Shown here piece after piece: positions 56,601 to 64,000 of a stretch of DNA of 64,000 bases. A program made the position numbers and the translations under genes. Each line of letters opens with the position of its first letter. Positions within the stretch are counted from its first letter, which is position 1. Source of the DNA: Tubulanus polymorphus (lineage: Eukaryota > Animalia > Nemertea); assembly GCF_964204645.1 (NCBI RefSeq), contig NC_134026.1, positions 4,053,950-4,117,949 of the forward strand, read 5' to 3'. The notes under the pieces were generated by a model. It did no database searches and was not told the origin of the DNA. It saw only the letters and a program-made list of their open reading frames with translations.

Positions 56601-56723
56601 GATGTAGATTGGACCATGTTGATTTATATTCTAAAATAGTTTGATGTTTATTATGAACGCAATTCATCGCATCGGTCGTTGTATTGGGCTGTCATTTTAT
56701 GTAACAATAACAACTATATGTAC

Positions 56724-56761
56724 AATGACTGATGTGTTGATTGAATTGATTATCATTTCAG
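56724..56761 (+). other. 3' splice acceptor of the paralog B coding exon
   Basis: aatgactgatgtgttgattgaattgattatcatttcAG|tca; exon starts at 56762. Shares caatgact-atgt and tatc-tttcag with the paralog A acceptor. Confidence 0.72.
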
Positions 56762-56802
56762 TCACACCAACTTTGAAAGCATCGATTCACACAACAGTTG
56801 AG

Positions 56803-57957
56803 ATGGACAAACCAACTGTAGCAACAGCCACTGATAATGGCTCGAACCCAGTGATGGCTAACACGGCGGAAAACTCGACTGGTGATATCACGGATGAACC
56901 ATGGCTGCGTGGTATCGTTATACCGTTCTACGTAATAATATTCATACTTGGTATAACTGGTAATACGATCGTTGTGTTCGTCGTGGCACGGAACAAATCC
57001 ATGCAAACTATCACGAATATTTTCATTACAAACTTGGCTCTATCAGACATCATGATGTGTCTAATGGCAGTGCCTTTTACTCCCTTGGCGGCATTTATGG
57101 GTGACTGGATATTCGGCGACACAATTTGTCACATCCTTCCAATGGCACTTGCTGTAAGTGTTTTCGTTTCAACTTTGACTTCAACTGCGATTGCCATAGA
57201 TAGATATATTGTCATCATCTATCCCTTTAAGTCGAGAATGAAAGTATGGACATGTTTGCTATTGATCTTTTTCATTTGGACGACAGCGGCTTCGATTTCG
57301 ATACCTTTAGCGATTTATCAAAAAGTTGATTACGACGACGAGAAAGGTATTAATCTATGCGGAGAGAATTGGCCGGGTACGCAATCTCGGAAGTTTTTCA
57401 CGTACACGACCTTCATCTTACAGTACGTGGCCCCGTGCACCGTCATCACATTTTGCTACTATCGCGTGTCCGGGGTTCTTAAAGAAAGATCACGTGCGAA
57501 AATCGGAAGCGGAAGTAAATCGAGGGAGAAAGAAATGATAGAAATCAAACGGAATCGCCGCATTAACAAAATGTTGATAGCTATGGTTGTCATTTTTATG
57601 GTATGTTGGATGCCATTGAACGCGGTCCATCTAGTAACGGAGAACATTAACGACGTGCCAGTCTGGTTGTACACCTTGGTATTTTTCATTGCGCATATCA
57701 TAGCTATGAGCTCGACCATATACAACCCGTTCTTATACGCTTGGATGAATGAAAACTTTCGCAAGGAGTTTAAGACAGTTTTATCGTGTTTATTCGTCGT
57801 ACGTAGACGAGGTAACAATAACGGTTCTTCCCAGTGCTCGACCGATGACGTAATTACGAATGCCCCGCGTTCGCCGATAGCAAATGAACGTAATGCCCAC
57901 TACCAAAGTGACTCGGAAACGGTCCATTTCACGCTCCTTAATGACCACGAAGTTTGA
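56803..57957 (+). CDS. Class A neuropeptide GPCR, sNPF/PrRP-receptor type, paralog B. Single coding exon, 384 aa.
   Basis: Intact ORF with the same 7TM motifs (GNTIVV, NLALSD, AIDRY, CWMPLN, YNPFLYAWMNENFRKEF). Collinear with paralog A at offset 7457 through TM6, with shorter N- and C-termini. The first ATG after the acceptor at 56760-56761 is 56803. Confidence 0.92.
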   Translation: MDKPTVATATDNGSNPVMANTAENSTGDITDEPWLRGIVIPFYVIIFILGITGNTIVVFVVARNKSMQTITNIFITNLALSDIMMCLMAVPFTPLAAFMGDWIFGDTICHILPMALAVSVFVSTLTSTAIAIDRYIVIIYPFKSRMKVWTCLLLIFFIWTTAASISIPLAIYQKVDYDDEKGINLCGENWPGTQSRKFFTYTTFILQYVAPCTVITFCYYRVSGVLKERSRAKIGSGSKSREKEMIEIKRNRRINKMLIAMVVIFMVCWMPLNAVHLVTENINDVPVWLYTLVFFIAHIIAMSSTIYNPFLYAWMNENFRKEFKTVLSCLFVVRRRGNNNGSSQCSTDDVITNAPRSPIANERNAHYQSDSETVHFTLLNDHEV

Positions 57958-60900
57958 ATGAACAGTTCCAGCTTAATGTATATTAAGAAATGATGCCAAA
58001 ATCCAAGATATTCAATTTGTTTTATAGCCTGCATAAACCGATATTGTTTGTCTCTGATAGCCTATGTAGGCCTATGCATAAGACATTTCTAGCACTGAAT
58101 CAGGCGGCCTGCATGCGGTTTTATGATAAGTAAAGTTCAAGTCAAATCAAATCATCACTACTTCATTGAAGTCCGTGAAAATCTATTTCTGTTTGAAAGA
58201 CTGATGGATTTGACTTGATAACCATTTTATTGAAATTATGGTAGCTTTTTCAGGAAACAACTATAGCGATGCACTTATTGATTATTGATAACTCCGTTCA
58301 AGACTAAAATAACGCCTAGAGCTCGAGATTTTTAGTCCACTTTTATTAACGTTTCAATATTTTATCACGTATCATATAGTTTACATATAGTGTTTCATTA
58401 TTTTGAGCGAATATTTTGAAAATCGATTGAAGCTTCATTCTTATATTATCACAATTCAGTGCATATTATTGTCCATTTTGTATCTTAAATCGTTCAATTA
58501 ATCAATTATTCTCGGTCGCTTTGTAACGTATTTCAATCACGCATTTTCACTTCAATATGGGGACAGCGAATTATATAATGCCATTCTGCTTGCGCGAATT
58601 AAAAAATAACGTCTGTAGGGTCCAGTTCCACGGATCAGGATTAAATTCAATTGTAATTAATTCCGGTAATCATTGAAAGTGTTATTCACAATCATTGTTT
58701 TGTGGAACGGGTTCATCACGGGTTATTTGCGTAAATACATATTTTGTTTATCTTGCTTTACGTCGTTCGGATCTCGGTTCCCCAAAACTAACCCTATAAT
58801 GGATCCATTTTCAGCGGTAAAGCGAGAATTGAAAATGATACTGATCCAAACAGTAGTATTTTAGATTTTTAAAGATATAATTTTCATACCGTTTACAAAT
58901 CATTATGACCGCCGGGGATTCACGCTTAAAATATATATTCTTTAACCGTGGATGAGATGTTATATTTTCTTTTTCTGAAATACATGCGGTTTTACGAGAG
59001 ATACGCGAGGAAACAAACATAAGAATATTTCGTTCTCACAACAACCGAATAAAATCTGTATTATATCATGTATAACAATTTAGGTAGTTGAGATGTATCT
59101 CTGTATATGTATACAAAATGTTTTACTTAGTAATAAAAAACTGGTTCCCAGAGTTGCATCTTTCAGAATAACTGCATTATCAATCTTTTGTTAGCTAGAT
59201 TTCTCAACAGTATTTCTATAATGTGGCAATTTCTTTTTTTAAAGCCAAACAAGAGCAAGAATTCAAGATGAAATAATTGGTTCAGTGATTTAAAATGGAA
59301 TTCGCATGTCAAGTATCAAATTTGAAATTTTTGACATTTCGTTCAAGCTTTAAAGATCGAAGCTTAGCGTGCCACGTCATTCAATTTTCGGTAGTTGACG
59401 ATTCTTCAAGTTGATAGTGGAATTACCAATATATATTGAACACCAGCCAGACCTTCGTTTCCTCGGTTGTAGTTAATGGATACCACATGTCTTGTTGTTC
59501 CTGTCTTATCGAGCTTTGGCCCGTCTGTTTTAGAGCATTATCATGTTCCTCAGCCCCCAGTTCTACCGAAGAATTAGGATTTCCCGCTATCACCAATAGC
59601 TTGGTTTATTTTTATTAAATCCGTGTCATCAGCTGGATGACTGACTATCTGGTTTCCCAAAGTTTTCAATGAACATCGTTGGCACATGAACGAAACGATG
59701 AAATATACAGGTTTTAGTAAATTGGAGCCTAGCATAGCTAGAAATAATGATCAGTGTTTTAAAGTCACTCAGCTGTAGCATAATACATTCAATGAAATAA
59801 CCGAACTAAAAAAAAAGGTATTTCAATTGAATTTAGTAACACTGCAAAAATAGAATAAGCCGCATTCCACCATCTTATTGAGGTTTAAAAACAGTACTTC
59901 AAGCCCCCAACTTCTCAAAACCCAGGTGTGATTAGACACAAATTGCACTTCTAATCATACTGCCTACATATTATACGTATCGATTTGAAGCTTATGCTTT
60001 ATTCAAATGGAGCTTTCTCGTTGGCCTTATTTCTAAAATTCAGCTCAAAATGATCGTTCGTTTATATTGATTTTGAGATTGTAAAAACGCGAACTTCCTG
60101 CTTTTAGAATAAGAGCGCTCTTAGCATTTTGTGAAATAAATGGCGAGTGCCAAGCTTTCGATTATGTCGGATAAAATAAGTCTCAACAGCCGATGAAATT
60201 AACAGTCACCAAGACCTCGGCTATGATTCCGGCGTACGTCAAGAGAAGAAGAGTGTGTGGAAATAGCAATGTCAATGTTTTCCGATGACTGTCTAACGCA
60301 GTCGAGAGCTTCACAAGACGTCCGTTTGATTCAGTTCAAATCTAAACACACAGCCCCGAAAAGATTATAATAGTTCAGTTTCAGCACGGTCTATCCGCGG
60401 ATATAGGGTTGGTGGAACTCTCTGGCAAGATGCCCGCATGAGATCCACTATTATACACAAAATGCTGAAGGTCATTGAAAATTGTAATAAGCATAGAAAA
60501 CTGCATATGAATAAATTCTATGTATATGAACATGTTTTTCTATGGGATGAGCAATAATTCAAAAAAAATAAATCATAAATCATAAAAAAGGTAATTATCA
60601 GCCGATTTGAGTGATATTTATACTTCGTTTTTACCTTCATCCATGCCAGAGGTATGAATTGAATAGGAACAAATCCGCATAAACAATACGGAGGAAATAG
60701 AAATGATACGACAATACGGACCCAGCGGGTACCCAAAACATCGCGCCTGGAAACTGATGTGCTGTATTCATATGCGATCACCGCATATGCGAAGCCTTCT
60801 ACCGGGGCGGGGAGTGGTGTTACTCCATGAAAACTCAAATTCAACCGTTTTTCGATGCATCGGGGAATTTAGATGAATATTTTGTATATACGTAACCATT

Positions 60901-62334
60901 CACTGGGCAGTGAGGAACAAGTGAAGGAATATTGAACCCCCTGGTTACATGCCTGGATGCATTTTTGTTGACAAAACACCCAAAAAATTGTCAATGATTG
61001 ACTGTATAGCTTGAACGAATTGCTATGTCAGAAGCATTGAGAAATCTATCCAGCTTTTTCGAGTTGTAACTGAAAACGGATGAATTACACAAAAACTACC
61101 TTTCTCTGGATTAGGATATCGAAAGCTAAAGAAAAATACGAATACCTGTGCTCGGGTATACACTAATCCAAAGCTTAGGGAGTTCTTTTTTCACATTACC
61201 CAATAATTACATCGCGGTAACGACCGTTTTTGCATAAGTTTGTGCCAAAAGTCGACTAGGATATACGACGAATCGTGTTCTTTATCTTCATCGAGGTAAT
61301 AATACCAGTAGCCGGAATTCTCTAGCGATGCCGTGTAATGCCAGCCAGGTACCAATTAGCGCCAGAATAAACACCTGCTCATAAACACTGGATTGCACCG
61401 GACCATCAGATGATTTTCGTACTAGAGAAAGTACTTCATGTGAAACTTATTAGGGTCTTATGTTGCCGAATTTCCGTTTTCTTTTGCCGGATAAATTGGA
61501 TGATATATAATTATATTACACTACAGCGTGCGCTGCATGCTAAATCGCCGCTGCCATTTTTAAGAAAGCATAATTCCCTCGATCTGATGATCTAGTGACG
61601 ATTTATTCAACGGAGAGAGATAACTAACTGTCTTGTCATAGTGTTTTATGTCTCGGAATTAAGATTGCTTTACTTGTTTGTGTAACTGACGGCCAGACAT
61701 TTATAGGCCATTATTACATGTCGACTTGGTCTAAATATTCGTTGTTGTAGAATAGATTTTCAAATTTAACGTTGATAAGATTATGAGCATCTTCGAAAAT
61801 GAATCTCGTGTGGTAGTTGCTTCGTCCGCTGAACCAAATCATTTACAGCCGACAAAGCTTATTTATTTTCGAGTTAAGGGGCACAGGCTCATTATTTTAG
61901 GTTTATCGTATTGGACCTACTGACTTAACAATGTTTTATCGCCAGCGTATATACGCGTCCGAATATTATGAGACAATGAAAACGTCCTGATAACTTCTTC
62001 TAGCTAAATGAATAACCAAACGCCCGCGAACACCTAAAAACCCTACGTGCATTGCCAGCGCATCGTGTCGTGAGTTGAATTTAAAATGTATCGCTATCGT
62101 ATGATTTTAATAAACTTCGTATTCTGTGAACAATTAATTCTTCGCACGTACGACCACACCCATAGCAATCTTCGCCGATCGGATTACCGTTTTTAGAACG
62201 TTCGCTGGCGTTTCAACTCGTATTACAAAGGAAACTGTCTAACTTGTCTAGATTGTATTGATGGCGTAAGTGACACACACTCAAAAATCCATCACTGAAA
62301 AGACATGAAAGTTAATCATATAGAATGTACACGT

Positions 62335-62483
62335 CATGAAATATATTTAGATACAAAATTAACGGCAAAATTCACAAGTTTGATTGTTAATTCGAAACGC
62401 CAATATTGATGATGTAGTGCACATCGACTCACACCCCCAGTACTAACTCACACGGTACCCCGGTTACGGTTTCTACGGCGTCA
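62335..62483 (+). repeat. Interspersed repeat, copy B
   Basis: atgaaatatat...gaaacgccaatattgatgatgtagtgcacatcgactcacac...gtttctacggcgtca matches 18218-18383. Confidence 0.6.
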
Positions 62484-62504
62484 TTGAATGCCACACAATT
62501 CGAA

Positions 62505-62550
62505 GTTTAGGAGAAAGATCCGTAGACGTTTAGGAGAAAGATTCGTAGAC
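62505..62550 (+). repeat. 23-bp tandem duplication
   Basis: GTTTAGGAGAAAGATCCGTAGAC followed by GTTTAGGAGAAAGATTCGTAGAC (one mismatch). Confidence 0.85.
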
Positions 62551-62949
62551 GTATAACACGTCCATGGTTTATGTAACTACAAAATCGCAAGGAATAGATA
62601 TGACGTTTCAAGGCGATTACTAATAACTGCAATCAAACTTCTGCGTATCTTTTATTAGATTGCCATAAATAGAAGTGAAACGAAGACAATCAACTATAGT
62701 AATTATCATCTCAAAGGCGTTTGGCATTTTGGGAAATCAACGTTCTACTGGTGCAAACGCAATCTTCCTTGCACATAAAACATGTCGTAATTCCTGACTT
62801 AACGGCCGCATTTTATGTCAGCAAAACGCCTTTTAATTCTGCGACTCTTATCGCTTGTGCAGTTGATACAAGTTGGTCAAGTCGCCAACTAGTCTACCTA
62901 TTGCTTTTAATGGCTAGCCGAGACGGTGATATGGATAAAAGTTCTCACC

Positions 62950-63600
62950 AGATCAATAGATAAGCAAGTTATGTAGAACTGACTTCATAGTCAGCTCGTC
63001 AGTTTTCCGGTACTGCCAAGACCACATTGTAGAGACACAAAACCGTATCGCAATCTTTATGGCAAGGAAAATTGGCCATGAGCAAAATGAAAGCCTACGA
63101 TTCTCAATTAACTCGATGAATCTCTTCAATACCTCACTCATCCTATCTTAATTGAGAATCAATAGGTAGTTATGGGCATCGTGTAGACCAGTGAAATACG
63201 CTAAGATCCCGACTGCTGCCAGTGTAAGACAGCTACGGCTACTGATTATGATATATTGTGATGGAATACCCCAAATAGGCATACAAAAGGAGCTAAGGTT
63301 CAAAATCATTAATTCGTTAGCTTATTTTCAGTTGACAAAACACTCAGCCAGATGATGGATGAATTTATCAGATAAATGACTTACAAGTGACTTAAGATTT
63401 TCCACGCGGAGTCATTAGGACTGTTTCTCATCTGACTTGGTGACCGACGTTTTTGACGATGACAATAACAACTCAGGCGCCAGGTTAGATTATCTAAGAA
63501 CTTTGGAGACGTTGACGATGATTTTCAGCAGGAAAAAACGGGCGAAAGCTTCATCTTATTCATGGCTTCTTATCGCAATATGGAAATGTGTCGCAAACGG
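62950..63600 (+). mobile_element. Eroded LINE RT fragment (boundaries approximate)
   Basis: KAYD at 63090-63101 and FDDD at 63452-63463 are about 120 codons apart, as expected for the KAFD and YADD RT motifs; many stops and frameshifts. Confidence 0.33.
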
Positions 63601-64000
63601 CCGCAATTGCCAACGGACTTAAAGGATTTGAAAATTGCCCCGGCCATTCGCGGCCAGCGCATTTAAAAGCAAACTAATTACAAAACTGTGAATTTTAATC
63701 ATGCATTTCACAGATGACTAGGCGTTCAATTTCCTGCTAACGCGAAAAATTGTGACACTGGTGATTTGAAAAAAAATAGTCTCCGATTGAAGCACGTTTA
63801 CCAGCGTAACGCGCGTACCTTCAAATCTGATCAGCAAATATCGTCTGATGACAAAGACTCGCCGTAAAAAAGAAGAACCTGCAGCACAATAGGAGTAATT
63901 TGGCTAATATAATTCCGAAGTATCACCCTTTGATCAAGTAATAATACTAAACTGACTCTTTGATCAATTTTCTGAAGAAACCTCCACACAATGTCATTAG

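Noticed and set aside
59622-59680. RVISWMTDYL peptide resembling a CR1/L2 RT segment
   Set aside because: Too short, with no neighbouring motifs recognisable.
62505-62550. 23-bp repeat as a CRISPR-like array
   Set aside because: Only two adjacent units, no spacers, and a eukaryotic context.

Overview
This is AT-rich, CpG-replete animal genomic DNA, probably an invertebrate and possibly a lophotrochozoan; it is not prokaryotic. The only convincing protein-coding content is a tandem, same-strand pair of class A GPCR coding exons at ~49.3-50.5 kb and ~56.8-58.0 kb. Both are uninterrupted and belong to the short neuropeptide F / prolactin-releasing peptide receptor (sNPFR/PrRPR) type. The two copies share a 273-bp perfectly identical tract (TM1 to the start of TM3) within otherwise diverged sequence, suggesting gene conversion. 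They also have homologous same-phase splice acceptors and retain paralogous upstream non-coding motifs. The first ~49 kb has no recognisable intact gene. It contains tRNA-derived SINEs, several MITE/foldback elements, a ~430-bp (TA)n tract, eroded LINE fragments and a candidate 44-nt 5'UTR micro-exon. One MITE family has two copies, a 9-bp TSD on one copy and RNA polymerase III B-boxes in its inverted repeats. All comparisons were made by eye, without alignments or database searches.
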